From an uncultured Candidatus Peribacteria bacterium (GTDB lineage: Bacteria; Patescibacteriota; Gracilibacteria; UBA1369), in NCBI GenBank assembly GCA_964346765.1, contig CAYFWB010000004.1, positions 55,512-119,511 on the forward strand: a stretch of DNA of 64,000 nt, written 5' to 3'. Both the position numbers and the translations under genes were made by a program. Under the pieces are notes generated by a model. The model was not told the origin of the DNA and searched no databases. It saw only the letters and a program-made list of their open reading frames with translations. Below, in pieces: positions 18,365 to 28,905 of this stretch. Each line of letters opens with the position of its first letter. Within the stretch, counting starts at the first letter, position 1.

Positions 18365-21202
18365 TTATTTCGCGGTTGTGCGAACGAAGTATTTACGCGT
18401 TTCTTCGATTATCAGTACCAGCATGGATGATCCGATGATAATACTCCAATCCATAAGATTGAGTCCGGTAGTTCCCATATAATTTTGGAGAAGAGGTATT
18501 TCCGCTATCATTATGGTTATAATTATGGAAATCAGAATGGCTCCTATTAACCATAAATTTGAAAAGAATCCCAATTTGAAGATTGAGTTGGTTTCACTGC
18601 GGGCGTTAAAAACGTTTACCATTTGAATTATTACCAGGGTGGCAAATGCCATTGTCGCCCCTTTAAGGTAGGTTAAATTTTCTTCGTCCAGTGTATCCCC
18701 CCAAGTCCAGCCGTATCGATATAGTGTCCAGATATATACGGACATAACTATGGCACCGATAATGGTTCCAAGATAGAGGTAACGTAGAACAAACGGCTTA
18801 TTCATAATTTTTTCTTTGGGATCGCGCGGCTTTTTTTCCATGATACCGGGTTCCGACGGGTCTATTCCAAGCGCCACCGCCGGTAATACATCGGTGCCAA
18901 GATCAATGCTTAGGATCAGAATTGCCGTAAGCGGTGCGGGCATGCTTAGTATTATAGCCGCAAAAACGGTGATCAATTCACCTATATTGCATGAAAAAAT
19001 GAAGAAAACGAATTTTTTTAAGTTGTCGTAGATGGTACGTCCTTCCTTGATTGCCGTTACGATAGTGGAAAAGCTGTCGTCGGCTAGAACCATGTTAGAG
19101 GCTTCTTTACTTACATCCGTTCCGGTAATACCCATTGCTATTCCAATATCGGCTTTTTTCAGTGCTGGTGCGTCGTTAACACCGTCTCCGGTTACGGATA
19201 CGACTTCATTCAGTTTTTTTAGCTGTTTTACTATTCTGAGTTTATGTTCGGGGCTGACGCGGGCAAAAATGATATCCAGTTTTTTGTTCGCAAGCATTGA
19301 TTTAAGTTTTTTATCACTTAATTTGTTAAGCTGTTCTCCGGTAATGATTTCATGTTTACGTTTTTTGTCTATGATGCCCAGCTGTTTGGTTATCGCTTGC
19401 GCTGTCAGACCGTGGTCACCGGTGATTACGTAGATTCTTATATTGGCTTTGTGAGCAATTTGAACGGCGTTTTTAACTTCTGAACGTGGCGGGTCGATCA
19501 TTCCCGCAAGGCCAAGGAAAATCATGCCTTTTTCAATGTCTTCGGATTTAAATGTTTCGTATTTTTTAGCGGTTTCAACTTCTTTTTCGGTTAATTCTCT
19601 ATATGAAAAACCAAGGTCGCGCAGTGCACGTTTGGCCATTGCGCTGTTTTGGTCATGGTATTTTTTTCTGATTTTACGCGTCATTTTTTTATTGACGCTA
19701 TCATGCATGTAGTGATCACAGATATTTAGTATGCTATTCGGAGCCCCTTTGGTGAACGCGTAATATTTTCCTTTTTGATTTTGTACGATTATGGTCATTC
19801 TTTTTCTGGTCGAGTCGAAACTGATTTCATGTATTTTTTTGTATTGTTTTTGAAAATCTTCTAATTTGAATCCGCTTTTTGCTACCATGGTTAAAAGCGC
19901 GCCTTCAGTTGGGTCGCCAAGAATGGACCATTTGCCGTCTTTTTTATTTAGACTCGCGTTGTTGCAAAGTGCCGCGGCGGCCATGAACAGTTTTAAGGAA
20001 TCGTATAAATTTTTGTATTGCTTCTGGACAAACTTTAGTGTTTTTTTTGTTATTTCATAGTCATCATAAGGGGATTTTTCTTGTCCGATCGATATTAGAT
20101 GTTTGCCGTTTTTTTGGATGTTTATATAGCCGATGGGAGCGTATCCCACGCCGTGTACGGCGGTGTCATGATTGTCAAAGTAAATTTCTTTGACAGTCAT
20201 TTCGTTTTTTGTGAGTGTGCCGGTTTTGTCACTGCAAATAACCGTGGTGGATCCAAGGGTTTCCACCGAGGAGAGTTGTTTTACTATGGCGTTTTTTTTG
20301 GCCAGTTTTTGTACACCGATCGCCAGCGCGATGGTAATTGTGGCGGGCAAGCCTTCCGGCACGGCGGCGACCGCTACCGAAGTGGCGAATAGTAAGGTAT
20401 CAATGAAGGCTTTACCTTGAATAAATATTCCTATTAAAAGTAGTATGGCTGAAATCGCCAGCGCGATTTGCCCCACAAACATTCCGATTCTGTAAAGTTC
20501 TTTTTCGAGCGGACTTTTTCCTTTTTTTGTTTCAGAAGTTAATTTTGCGATGTTTCCCATTTGGGTGTTCATTCCCGTGCTTACGACTATGGCTTTGCCA
20601 GTGCCGTGGGTTATGTTGGTTCCCATGAAAATCATGTTTTCTTTTTGCGCTTCCGTACCTTTGGTTTCTTCAATATCATGGAGCAGTTTTCTGACCGGGG
20701 TAGATTCACCGGTGAGCGCCGCTTCCATGGCTTCTAGTTCATTTGATTCGAAAAGTATTGCGTCCGCTGTAACGCTGTCTCCTTCGTTGAGTACCAGAAT
20801 GTCTCCGGGTACGACGAATTTTGCGTCTATAAGTGTTTCTGAGCCGTTTCTGATGACGCGGGCGTGCGGCGCGACCATTTTTTTTAGGGCTTCAATAGCT
20901 TTTTCAGCTTTAAATTTTTGTACAAATCCTATGACTGCATTTAGTACAACTATAAAGAAAATTATTGACGCGTCGGTAATTTCTCCGGCGGCATAGGCAA
21001 GTCCGGAGGCTATTATAAGTATGATTACCATTAAATCTGTGAACTCTTCAAAAAACATTACAATCAAGGACTTCTTTTTTTTGGCTTTGATCTCGTTTTT
21101 TCCGTTTTCGGTAAGACGTTTTTCTACTTTTTTTTGGGTTAATCCTTTTTTCGAAGTATTATTTTTTTTGAATAGTGTTTTTTTTTCTTTTAGGGAAAGC
21201 AT
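18365..21202 (-). CDS. P-type cation-transporting ATPase (P2/Ca2+-type-like)
   Basis: It has the DKTGTLT phosphorylation site, TGES, TGDHGLTA and TGDGVNDAPALKKADIG motifs, and about 10 TM segments. Confidence 0.9.
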   Translation of the reverse strand: MLSLKEKKTLFKKNNTSKKGLTQKKVEKRLTENGKNEIKAKKKKSLIVMFFEEFTDLMVIILIIASGLAYAAGEITDASIIFFIVVLNAVIGFVQKFKAEKAIEALKKMVAPHARVIRNGSETLIDAKFVVPGDILVLNEGDSVTADAILFESNELEAMEAALTGESTPVRKLLHDIEETKGTEAQKENMIFMGTNITHGTGKAIVVSTGMNTQMGNIAKLTSETKKGKSPLEKELYRIGMFVGQIALAISAILLLIGIFIQGKAFIDTLLFATSVAVAAVPEGLPATITIALAIGVQKLAKKNAIVKQLSSVETLGSTTVICSDKTGTLTKNEMTVKEIYFDNHDTAVHGVGYAPIGYINIQKNGKHLISIGQEKSPYDDYEITKKTLKFVQKQYKNLYDSLKLFMAAAALCNNASLNKKDGKWSILGDPTEGALLTMVAKSGFKLEDFQKQYKKIHEISFDSTRKRMTIIVQNQKGKYYAFTKGAPNSILNICDHYMHDSVNKKMTRKIRKKYHDQNSAMAKRALRDLGFSYRELTEKEVETAKKYETFKSEDIEKGMIFLGLAGMIDPPRSEVKNAVQIAHKANIRIYVITGDHGLTAQAITKQLGIIDKKRKHEIITGEQLNKLSDKKLKSMLANKKLDIIFARVSPEHKLRIVKQLKKLNEVVSVTGDGVNDAPALKKADIGIAMGITGTDVSKEASNMVLADDSFSTIVTAIKEGRTIYDNLKKFVFFIFSCNIGELITVFAAIILSMPAPLTAILILSIDLGTDVLPAVALGIDPSEPGIMEKKPRDPKEKIMNKPFVLRYLYLGTIIGAIVMSVYIWTLYRYGWTWGDTLDEENLTYLKGATMAFATLVIIQMVNVFNARSETNSIFKLGFFSNLWLIGAILISIIITIMIAEIPLLQNYMGTTGLNLMDWSIIIGSSMLVLIIEETRKYFVRTTAK

Positions 21203-21246
21203 GAACAGGGATTAATCAATCTTAATATAATAACACTTTTTTATTG

Positions 21247-21900
21247 TTATACCAAGTTATCCTTGCGCCATTTGTTGATATTGTTATGGTGTCCGCTGAT
21301 TAAAACATCCGGTACTTTTACGCCCTTAAAGACAGGAGGCCTTGTATAATGAGGGTATTCTTTTTTACCTTTTAAGCTTTTGGAAAAACTTTCTTCATTG
21401 GAAGATTCATCGGTGCCCAATACTCCGGGGAGCAATCTGCTAAGCACGTCAACTGTAACCATAGCCGGCAGTTCGCCACCTGTAAGTACATATTTACCAA
21501 TCGACAGTTCCCGGTCCACGCATAAATCGATTATTCTTTGGTCAATTCCTTCATAACGGCCGGTAAGCAGTATAATCCCTTTTTTTGAATATTTTTTAGC
21601 CATTTTTTCGGCTCTTCTTTGCGTTAATATTTCTCCGCGTGGGCTCATGTAAATTATCGGTCCTTTGTTGGATTTTTTAACGTGTTCAATACAGTCGTAA
21701 ATGGGTTGGGGCGTCATGACCATTCCCGGACCGCCACCGTAAGGCATGTCATCCACTTTTTGATGTCTGTCTTTGCTGAATTTTCTTATATCGTGCACGT
21801 ATATTTTGATTTTTTTTTCCTGAATCGCTCGTTTAATTATGCTTTCTTTAAAATAGGAATCAAAAATGTCCGGAAAAATTGTAAGTATGTCGAATCTCAT
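21247..21900 (-). CDS. trmD: tRNA (guanine37-N1)-methyltransferase
   Basis: It has MRFDILTIFPDIF..Y, GGGPGMVM and LTGRYEGIDQR. The start is taken at the conserved MRFDI (21900) rather than the track's 21933. Confidence 0.9.
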   Translation of the reverse strand: MRFDILTIFPDIFDSYFKESIIKRAIQEKKIKIYVHDIRKFSKDRHQKVDDMPYGGGPGMVMTPQPIYDCIEHVKKSNKGPIIYMSPRGEILTQRRAEKMAKKYSKKGIILLTGRYEGIDQRIIDLCVDRELSIGKYVLTGGELPAMVTVDVLSRLLPGVLGTDESSNEESFSKSLKGKKEYPHYTRPPVFKGVKVPDVLISGHHNNINKWRKDNLV

Positions 21901-22025
21901 GAGTTTTGGTTTAAATTTGTTTAATATTAGCATAATACATGCGGTTCGCCATTTTTAATTGGTTAATATAGTCAGCTTGCTTTTTTTGTGTTCTTGTATA
22001 TAATTATGCCTTATAATTTTTTTGT

Positions 22026-23741
22026 ATGGTTAACAGTATTGATGGTAATGATTACGATACTCTTCATGTTGAAGATATTGTCGACGGGGAGAAAATTGAC
22101 GTTCCGGTGGACGATTCGATAAGAATCGAAAAAGAAAATATGGAAGGCAGAGTTGTGTATTTGTATGCCGATGATAATGTTTATTTGGGATCGATTACTT
22201 TGAATAAGGCTGGTAACAAGCTAAAAAATAATGAATTTGTAAGTATTAATGATTTAACTTATACGTACACTGTGCCAAATGGTTACGAGGTATTAATCCC
22301 TGTACCGGAAGCGCATGACCCTCCTTTCTTTTTTACCGTTGGCAGTAGCTGTTTTCCGGGTTTTTATATGGATCAGCACGGTAATCCGCAAACTGCGGTG
22401 GCCGATAAACAATGCAGATTGAGGATTGAGAATGACGGGAGTTTAAAAATAAGGGATTTAAATAGTTCGGCGGGGACTTCGATTGAGCTTGTAACTATTC
22501 TTGAACCACTGGAGGAAAGCGACATTGCCACAAAGGTGGATAGGCAACTGGTATTAAAGCAGGAGTGGCAGATTGTTACCGTGAGGCAGGATCAATCAAT
22601 GTATATTCATCAGGGTGATGTTACTGATCCGGTGGCGGTTTTGTATAAATTGCCCAACGTGCAAAACGGTTATTTGTTACGTGATTATAATACGGATGAA
22701 ACGTATACGATTGATTCTACTTCTTTGGGAGGTGATTTTATTTCTTTTCCGGGAGTGCATGGTAAAAAAATTCAGTTCAGGATTTATAACAATGAATTTC
22801 AGATGAGAGCGGACAGCATCTATTTTTGTGATATGTTTTCCTCTAAATGTAATGATTTTGTTGATGTAGGCAAAGATGGTTATTTTAGTGGTAAGATTAA
22901 TGGAGGCAGACCTTTGAGAGGATTTACTGTTAGGCAGCTTGGTGGAGATGGTATCAAGAAGTATTCACAGCTGAATGAAGATAGTTATGGCGTTAATTAT
23001 ATGAAAGGACGCGTGGTTGTGGCGGATGGAATTGGTAGTGGCGTAAACAGTCAGCATACTTCGGCGATGGCCGTACGTTGGATCGCTAACAGTGAGCAAT
23101 CTTTAACTGACGCGATTTATCACGCCCATTTGGCTTGTAAAGTGCAGAATACGTTTATTGAAAAAATTCCCGGCAAATATTGCGCAGATGCTGTATTTGT
23201 TGCGGCCGAATTTCATGGGGATACAGTTTATCTTGCTCACACGGGGGACGCGCGTTGGGTATTGGTAAGGAAAGAAGTTAACCAGGACGGTAAAATTGGT
23301 TTTGAAGTAATCAAAAGTCCTCTTCATACGGAGCTGGAGAGAATGATTGAAGATGGCGATATTTCTGAGAGAGAAGCTTTAACCCATAGGAAATTTTTAC
23401 AGTTAAAAGCCATGGTTTTAACATCGCTTTATGGAGCTAGAAAAGAGGCGGATATTTTTGGGGGAATAGAGCTTGATCAGGTGGAATATGCAAAGATCAA
23501 AGCAAAGAAAGGTGATTATTTGTATTTTCTTTCGGATGGGGGAGAGACTTTAATGGATGAAAATTTTATTTTGGCAACGAAAATGGATGATCCCGATCAG
23601 GCTTTACGTTATTTGGAAAGTGTTATTGAAATTAACAATAATAATGGATGCTATGTACGTCACTTTAATGACGATCAGGGCGTGGCATCTGTACCATCTG
23701 CGTTTGATAACGCCACTGTTTTGGTGTATCACCATGAATAG
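22026..23741 (+). CDS. PP2C-family phosphatase domain protein with FHA-like N-terminal region
   Basis: The C-terminal third carries VVADGIGSG, FLSDGG and FDNATVLVY (PPM/SpoIIE-type motifs). The N-terminal region has IRDLNSSAGTSI, which resembles an FHA core. Confidence 0.6.
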   Translation: MVNSIDGNDYDTLHVEDIVDGEKIDVPVDDSIRIEKENMEGRVVYLYADDNVYLGSITLNKAGNKLKNNEFVSINDLTYTYTVPNGYEVLIPVPEAHDPPFFFTVGSSCFPGFYMDQHGNPQTAVADKQCRLRIENDGSLKIRDLNSSAGTSIELVTILEPLEESDIATKVDRQLVLKQEWQIVTVRQDQSMYIHQGDVTDPVAVLYKLPNVQNGYLLRDYNTDETYTIDSTSLGGDFISFPGVHGKKIQFRIYNNEFQMRADSIYFCDMFSSKCNDFVDVGKDGYFSGKINGGRPLRGFTVRQLGGDGIKKYSQLNEDSYGVNYMKGRVVVADGIGSGVNSQHTSAMAVRWIANSEQSLTDAIYHAHLACKVQNTFIEKIPGKYCADAVFVAAEFHGDTVYLAHTGDARWVLVRKEVNQDGKIGFEVIKSPLHTELERMIEDGDISEREALTHRKFLQLKAMVLTSLYGARKEADIFGGIELDQVEYAKIKAKKGDYLYFLSDGGETLMDENFILATKMDDPDQALRYLESVIEINNNNGCYVRHFNDDQGVASVPSAFDNATVLVYHHE

Positions 23742-23769
23742 CAATGCAGAGACGTTGAGTGGTCCGCAT

Positions 23770-24195
23770 TTAACGTTTGCTGAACTGAGGAGCTCTTCTA
23801 GCTCTTTTTAAGCCTGGTTTCTTTCTTTCTTTGATTCTAGCGTCTCTGGTTAACAGTCCGGCTTTCTTAAGTGTGGTTCTGAGTTCATTATCGAATTCCA
23901 GCAGTGCTTTGGAAATTCCGTGTCTTACCGCTTCGGCCTGGGCGCTTAAACCGCCGCCGATGACTTTGACGCTGATGTCAAATTTTTTGGTAAGACCGGT
24001 AAGTTTTAGCGGGTATTTTACTGATCCCATTGAAGCCAACAGACTAAAATATTGATCAGCTGGTTTTTCGTTCACTGTAATGTTTCCTTTGCCGTTGGGA
24101 TAAAGTCTTACTCTTGCTACAGAGGTTTTTCTCTTACCTGAAGCGTAAAAATATTGTTGATTCTTTTTCTTGATTGTTGTTTCCTTTGTTGGCAT
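23770..24195 (-). CDS. rpsI: 30S ribosomal protein S9
   Basis: It has [12 protein letters not shown] and the C-terminal [17 protein letters not shown]. Confidence 0.95.
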   Translation of the reverse strand: MPTKETTIKKKNQQYFYASGKRKTSVARVRLYPNGKGNITVNEKPADQYFSLLASMGSVKYPLKLTGLTKKFDISVKVIGGGLSAQAEAVRHGISKALLEFDNELRTTLKKAGLLTRDARIKERKKPGLKRARRAPQFSKR

Positions 24196-24209
24196 GGGTT
24201 AATTAATTA

Positions 24210-24638
24210 CTAAATTTCTAGAGATTGTGGTTTTTGAGCCTCGTTTTTATGTTCGGCTTCAGCGTATATTTTCATCTTTTTTAAAATGTCTTTTTTTAGT
24301 TTGTTTCTTGGAATCATTCCGGCGACGGCTTTTTCAAGTACCTTAATGGGATTTTTTTCAAGGAGTTCTTCTACGCGTACCGTCCTTAAACCGCTCGGGT
24401 ATCTGGTATGCCAGCCGTATTTTTTTTTGTTAAGTTTGTTGCCTGTAAGATGCACGTGCGCGGCGTTAATAACTACAACATAATCTCCGCAGTCAACATG
24501 CGGTGAAAATATTGGTTTATTTTTTCCTCTCAAAACGTTTGCAATGGTTGTCGCTGCTTTACCCAGTGTTTTGCCTTTGACGTCAATCAAATGCCACTGT
24601 CTTTCTACTTCTTTATGTTTCGGTGAAAATGTATTCAT
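24210..24638 (-). CDS. rplM: 50S ribosomal protein L13
   Basis: It has WHLIDVKGKTLGKAAT.IA..LRGK and GDYVVVINA. Confidence 0.95.
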   Translation of the reverse strand: MNTFSPKHKEVERQWHLIDVKGKTLGKAATTIANVLRGKNKPIFSPHVDCGDYVVVINAAHVHLTGNKLNKKKYGWHTRYPSGLRTVRVEELLEKNPIKVLEKAVAGMIPRNKLKKDILKKMKIYAEAEHKNEAQKPQSLEI

Positions 24639-24639
24639 G

Positions 24640-24993
24640 TTAAGTCAGTTCAATTTGTACTAATGGCGCGGCGTCTCCAGCTCTTACTCCCAATTTGATT
24701 ATTCTGGTGTATCCGCTGTTTTTATTATCATATTTTTTTACTACCTCATTGATTAGCTTTTTGGCGCTCAGTTCATTTTGCAGTACGGCGTTAACTTCTC
24801 TTACGGCAATGACCTTATTAGGCTTTTTGGCAGAAGCGATCAGCTTGTCTATTAGTGGTCTTAACGCTTTAGCTCGGGCTTCCGTTGTTTTGATCTTTTC
24901 ATGGATGATCAGAGACGTGGCAAGATTATTCAGAAGTAGTTTGCGTTGCCCTTTGGGTTTATTAAGAATGGGTTTTTTTACTTTGTGTCTCAT
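24640..24993 (-). CDS. rplQ: 50S ribosomal protein L17
   Basis: It has MRHKVKK..L.K..GQRK.LL.NL..SLI.HE.I.TT..RAK and follows rpoA. Confidence 0.95.
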   Translation of the reverse strand: MRHKVKKPILNKPKGQRKLLLNNLATSLIIHEKIKTTEARAKALRPLIDKLIASAKKPNKVIAVREVNAVLQNELSAKKLINEVVKKYDNKNSGYTRIIKLGVRAGDAAPLVQIELT

Positions 24994-25003
24994 GGTTGTT
25001 TAA

Positions 25004-25978
25004 TTATTCTTCGGATAGGGTCATGTCTCTTTTTTGAAGAGCTTCTCTTACTTCCGCGAGGGCTTTTTTACCAAAACCGCGAAGATTAGTCAACTTGCTT
25101 TCGGTACATTTTGATAATTGTTCAACTGAGCCGATGCCGCCATTGATAAGGGCGTTAAGTGTTCTAGGTGAAAAGCCCAATATTTCAATGGGTGTGTAAG
25201 ATTCTTGGTTGGGTTTTGCTTTTTCTTCCTCCATTTCTTTTTCCTGAATTTTCTTAAAATCGCTCATAAAGTTTTCTTCAACTATCGCGTTTTCCTGGTT
25301 GAAGAGATTAAAGTAAGATTGTAGGATGTTTGAGGCGAATTTAAGAGCGTTTTCGGGCGAAATGGATGAGTCTGTCACAATTTCAAGAGCGAGTTTGTCC
25401 AGATTGGTCATTTGGCCTACGCGGGTAGATTCGACTTCATATCTTACTTTTTTAACTGGAGTGAATACTGAATCAAGACTGATGATGTTGGGATCTGTAT
25501 CATCTTTTTGTCTGATAGTTGCCGGAATGTAACCAACACCTTTCTCTATTCTAAGCTCTATGTTAAGCTTGGCTCCTTTTTCAAGTGTTGTAATGTATTG
25601 GTCTGGGTTTAATATTTCCACTTCACTTGGGCATTTGATGTTTTTTGCTAAAACTTCGCCCTCTTTGTTGGCGCTTAAAGTGCAAACGGAAGGTTCACTG
25701 TTATTTTTTTTGAACTTGAGCATTTTAAGATTAAGTGTGATGTCCAAAATGCTGTCTTTGATACCTTTGATAGTGGAATATTCGTGATTGACACCGTCGA
25801 TTTTTACTCCGGATACGCATGCCCCCGGCAGTGAAGATAGAAGAATTCTTCTGAAACTATTGCCAAGCGTAGTGCCGTAGCCCGGGGGTAATGGGCTTAC
25901 GGTAAAAATCGCGTGGTCGTCGTTGATTCTTTCAGTTTTAATCTTCGGAATGCCGATTTCGGCTTGAATCTGATGCAT
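25004..25978 (-). CDS. rpoA: DNA-directed RNA polymerase alpha subunit
   Basis: It has GYGTTLGNSFRRILLSSLPG and a C-terminal helix-hairpin-helix domain (IEILGFSPRTLNAL). Confidence 0.95.
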   Translation of the reverse strand: MHQIQAEIGIPKIKTERINDDHAIFTVSPLPPGYGTTLGNSFRRILLSSLPGACVSGVKIDGVNHEYSTIKGIKDSILDITLNLKMLKFKKNNSEPSVCTLSANKEGEVLAKNIKCPSEVEILNPDQYITTLEKGAKLNIELRIEKGVGYIPATIRQKDDTDPNIISLDSVFTPVKKVRYEVESTRVGQMTNLDKLALEIVTDSSISPENALKFASNILQSYFNLFNQENAIVEENFMSDFKKIQEKEMEEEKAKPNQESYTPIEILGFSPRTLNALINGGIGSVEQLSKCTESKLTNLRGFGKKALAEVREALQKRDMTLSEE

Positions 25979-26027
25979 TCGTGGAATGGGTTATGGATTA
26001 TCTAAGGGCTTAAAAGAGCCGTGCTTT

Positions 26028-26636
26028 TTACTTGGAGTAGAACTCTACTACCAAGTTCATATGTATTGCTTTTTCCAAATCTTCCGGTTCAAGTTCTTTC
26101 ATTATTTCACCGTACAGTTTGGCGTAATCTGATTTCAGCCATTTGGCGGGGCTGAATTTTTGTTTTGTCAGGTCTTTGAAAAGAGGGGAGGATCTTCTTC
26201 TGTCCAGAACTTCAAATTTGTCACCCACTTTAACCTGAAAGGAAGGTACCGTTACTCTTGTACCGTTTACTTTGAAAAGACCATGGCTGACCATTTGCCT
26301 TGCTTGTGGTCTTGATTTTGCGAATCCTGCTTTGAAAATTACGTTGTCCAGTCTTGTTTCCAGTTCTTTTAAAAGAGAGTTACCGGTGATTTCTTTTTTT
26401 GAAGTCGCTTTTTTGTAGTAATTCAAGAGTTGTCTTTCTGTCACTCCAAACATCCTTTTCAGTTTTTGTTTTTCTCTCAGCTGTCTTGCGTATTCAGAAG
26501 GTTTGGCAAAATTGCCCTTGGGACCGTGAATTCCCGGAGCGTAGTTTTTCTTTTTAAGATTAAATTTTTCATTCCCGAAAAGATTAATACCTTCTCTTCT
26601 GCACAGCCTATATTTTGGTCCAATATACTTTGACAT
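26028..26636 (-). CDS. rpsD: 30S ribosomal protein S4
   Basis: It has MSKYIGPKYRLCRREG and the S4 RNA-binding domain (RLDNVIF..GFA.SR.QARQ.V.HG). Confidence 0.95.
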   Translation of the reverse strand: MSKYIGPKYRLCRREGINLFGNEKFNLKKKNYAPGIHGPKGNFAKPSEYARQLREKQKLKRMFGVTERQLLNYYKKATSKKEITGNSLLKELETRLDNVIFKAGFAKSRPQARQMVSHGLFKVNGTRVTVPSFQVKVGDKFEVLDRRRSSPLFKDLTKQKFSPAKWLKSDYAKLYGEIMKELEPEDLEKAIHMNLVVEFYSK

Positions 26637-26647
26637 ATTAAGATTAA

Positions 26648-27139
26648 TTATGCACGTCTAGTTTTTTTAGGGCGACAGCCGTTATGCGGAACAGCGGTTC
26701 TGTCGGTAATTTTATCAATAGTTATTCCTCCGCTTAAAAGTCCTCTCATCGCCTGTTCTCTGCCATTCCCGGCCCCCTTAATATAAACTTCAACTTTTTC
26801 CACGCCGTAAACTTTGGCTTTTTCGGCAACCTTTTCAGCGGATGTTTGGGCGGCGTAGGGAGTAGCTTTTTTAGGTCCTTTAAATCCGTTTGCTCCGGCA
26901 CTGCTTTGACATAAAACTTCACCGTTTTGGTCCGTGATTGTGATGATGGTGTTGTTAAATCCGGCTTGAATATATGCTTTTCCTTCCGGAACGATTCTTC
27001 TTTTCGGTTTTTTCTTTCCGGTTTTTTTCGCTGGCGCGGCGGCTGCTTTTTTGGTGTCTTTGGCTTCAGTTTTTTTAGCTTCTTTAGCTGGAACTGAAGT
27101 TTCTTCTTTTATGGTTTCAGGTGCTTTGTCTTCGGCCAT
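26648..27139 (-). CDS. rpsK: 30S ribosomal protein S11 (with Lys/Ala-rich N-terminal extension)
   Basis: It has GKAYIQAGFNNTIITITD..G and GFKG.KK.TPYAAQ. Confidence 0.95.
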   Translation of the reverse strand: MAEDKAPETIKEETSVPAKEAKKTEAKDTKKAAAAPAKKTGKKKPKRRIVPEGKAYIQAGFNNTIITITDQNGEVLCQSSAGANGFKGPKKATPYAAQTSAEKVAEKAKVYGVEKVEVYIKGAGNGREQAMRGLLSGGITIDKITDRTAVPHNGCRPKKTRRA

Positions 27140-27178
27140 GTTTAATTAATACTATTTGATATTGAGTGTAATAGTTTA

Positions 27179-27553
27179 TTACTTGGTTGCTATTTTCTTA
27201 TTCGCTACAGTTTTTTTCTTACCTTTTCTGGTCCGTGCGTTTTTTTTGGTGCCTTGTCCTCTTACAGGTAGTCCTCTTCTGTGCCTGAATCCTCTGTATG
27301 TTCCCGTTTCTTGTAGTCTTTTGATATCCATCTGTACTTTTCTTCTGGCATCACCCTCCACATTCATTTTTTCAATTTTTTCTCTTAAAATGTCAAGCTG
27401 ATCTTCTGTAAGGTCATTAACCTTGGTATTCATATCTATTGCGGCTTCTTTTAGAATTTGTCTGCTTTGGCTTCGTCCTATTCCGTATATACTTGTAAGT
27501 CCGACTTCAATTCTTTTTTCTTTTGGGAGGTTTACCCCTGCTATACGTGCCAT
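27179..27553 (-). CDS. rpsM: 30S ribosomal protein S13
   Basis: It has [20 protein letters not shown]. Confidence 0.95.
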   Translation of the reverse strand: MARIAGVNLPKEKRIEVGLTSIYGIGRSQSRQILKEAAIDMNTKVNDLTEDQLDILREKIEKMNVEGDARRKVQMDIKRLQETGTYRGFRHRRGLPVRGQGTKKNARTRKGKKKTVANKKIATK

Positions 27554-27576
27554 TCTCTGTAATATTAAAAGATAAA

Positions 27577-27690
27577 TTAACCTTGTCTCTGTTTATGCTT
27601 TTTGGTTTTGCAAATAACTCTTACCACCCCCTTGCGGCGGATTATTTGGCATTTTTCACACAATTTTTTGACGGATGATCTAACTTTCAT
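27577..27690 (-). CDS. rpmJ: 50S ribosomal protein L36
   Basis: Hand translation of the minus strand gives [37 protein letters not shown] followed by a stop. It is too short for the supplied ORF track and sits in the canonical infA-rpmJ-rpsM position. Confidence 0.9.
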   Translation of the reverse strand: MKVRSSVKKLCEKCQIIRRKGVVRVICKTKKHKQRQG

Positions 27691-27700
27691 GGTAAAAGAT

Positions 27701-28021
27701 TTAATCTTTAGTTGTTTCTTCTGTATCATTTCCAACTTTCTCTTCTTTCGGCTTTTGTTCTTCCTCTTGGGTCAAGGTTTTGGATCCTTTGTTGTCTTTA
27801 TGTCTGAAAATGATTCTGCCTTTGGTGAGGTCGTATGGTGTTAGTTCAATGGTTACTTTATCGCCTGGCAGTATGCGAATATGGTGAATGCGCATTTTGC
27901 CGGATATGTGAGCCATGATTTCGTGATTTTGGTAGTTTTCTTCCAACAGCTTTACACGAAACATCGTATTCGGCAGCGTTTCCATTACAACGCCTTGTAC
28001 TTCAATGACCTCTTTACCCAT
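27701..28021 (-). CDS. infA: translation initiation factor IF-1 (with acidic/Lys-rich C-terminal tail)
   Basis: It has the S1-like core G.V.E.LPN.MFRV.L......AHISGKMR...IRILPGD.V..E..PYDL.KGRI..R. Confidence 0.9.
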   Translation of the reverse strand: MGKEVIEVQGVVMETLPNTMFRVKLLEENYQNHEIMAHISGKMRIHHIRILPGDKVTIELTPYDLTKGRIIFRHKDNKGSKTLTQEEEQKPKEEKVGNDTEETTKD

Positions 28022-28125
28022 ATGGCTTTTTTAGCTTTTTTAGCCCTTTTTAAAGGGATTTTTTTACAAATAGCGTATGGATTCTACATTATGTAATACC
28101 TTAATGCAACACTTTTTTGCAATTT

Positions 28126-28905
28126 TCAGACGGGTCTTTTCGTAAGTATTTCAGTGCCTTTTTCGGTAATCGCAACGGTGTGTTCCACTTGCACGGAAAG
28201 TGACCTGTCCAATGTAACATAAGTCCACCCGTTTCTCAGTAATTTTATTTCTGGGCTTCCCGCACTTATAATAGGTTCAATCGCAATTGTCATGCCGGGT
28301 TGGAGAATCGGTCCCGCATCGGAATCTCTGAAATTAGGGACGGTGGGATCTTCATGCAGATTTAATCCTATACCGTGGCCGGTTAAATCGTATATTACCG
28401 AAAATCCTTTTTTTTCAACGATTTTTTGAATGACCGAGCTGATGGTACCAACTCTGACACCGGGGCCGGCGGTTTCAATAGCTTTTTTTAAAGCTTTTTC
28501 CGTCGTGTTTATTAAGGTCTGAGCTTCCTGATTGATTTTTCCAATACTCACGGTAATGGTACTGTCGGAATAGAATTTATTATAAATTACTCCGCAATCC
28601 ACGCTAATAATGTCCCCCTTTTTTAGTGAATATGATCCGGGGATGCCATGCACAACCTGCTCATTGACATTGGCGCATACCGCGGCGGGAAATCCCTGGT
28701 AACCTTTAAAAGCCGGGAGAACATTATATTTTTCCATCAAGTTTTCCGCGAGCTGATTTATTTCGTCTGTCTGAACGCCTTCCTTGATAAATTTTTCCAG
28801 TTGATGATGTATTTCACCCAGTATTTTTCCACTTTCGCGCATTGCCGCAAGTTCCTCTTTATTTTTTATACTTATTTTGAGTCCGTTTTCTTGCCAATAT
28901 TTCAT
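28126..28905 (-). CDS. map: methionine aminopeptidase, type I
   Basis: It has the metal-ligand contexts VVHGIP, DII.VD, GHGIG and HTV.IT. Confidence 0.9.
   Translation of the reverse strand: MKYWQENGLKISIKNKEELAAMRESGKILGEIHHQLEKFIKEGVQTDEINQLAENLMEKYNVLPAFKGYQGFPAAVCANVNEQVVHGIPGSYSLKKGDIISVDCGVIYNKFYSDSTITVSIGKINQEAQTLINTTEKALKKAIETAGPGVRVGTISSVIQKIVEKKGFSVIYDLTGHGIGLNLHEDPTVPNFRDSDAGPILQPGMTIAIEPIISAGSPEIKLLRNGWTYVTLDRSLSVQVEHTVAITEKGTEILTKRPV

Noticed and set aside
28022-28125. The CCCTTTTTAAAGGG hairpin plus T-run between map and infA as a terminator.
   Set aside because: The T-run follows the hairpin only on the + strand, while the operon is on the - strand. It is probably incidental.
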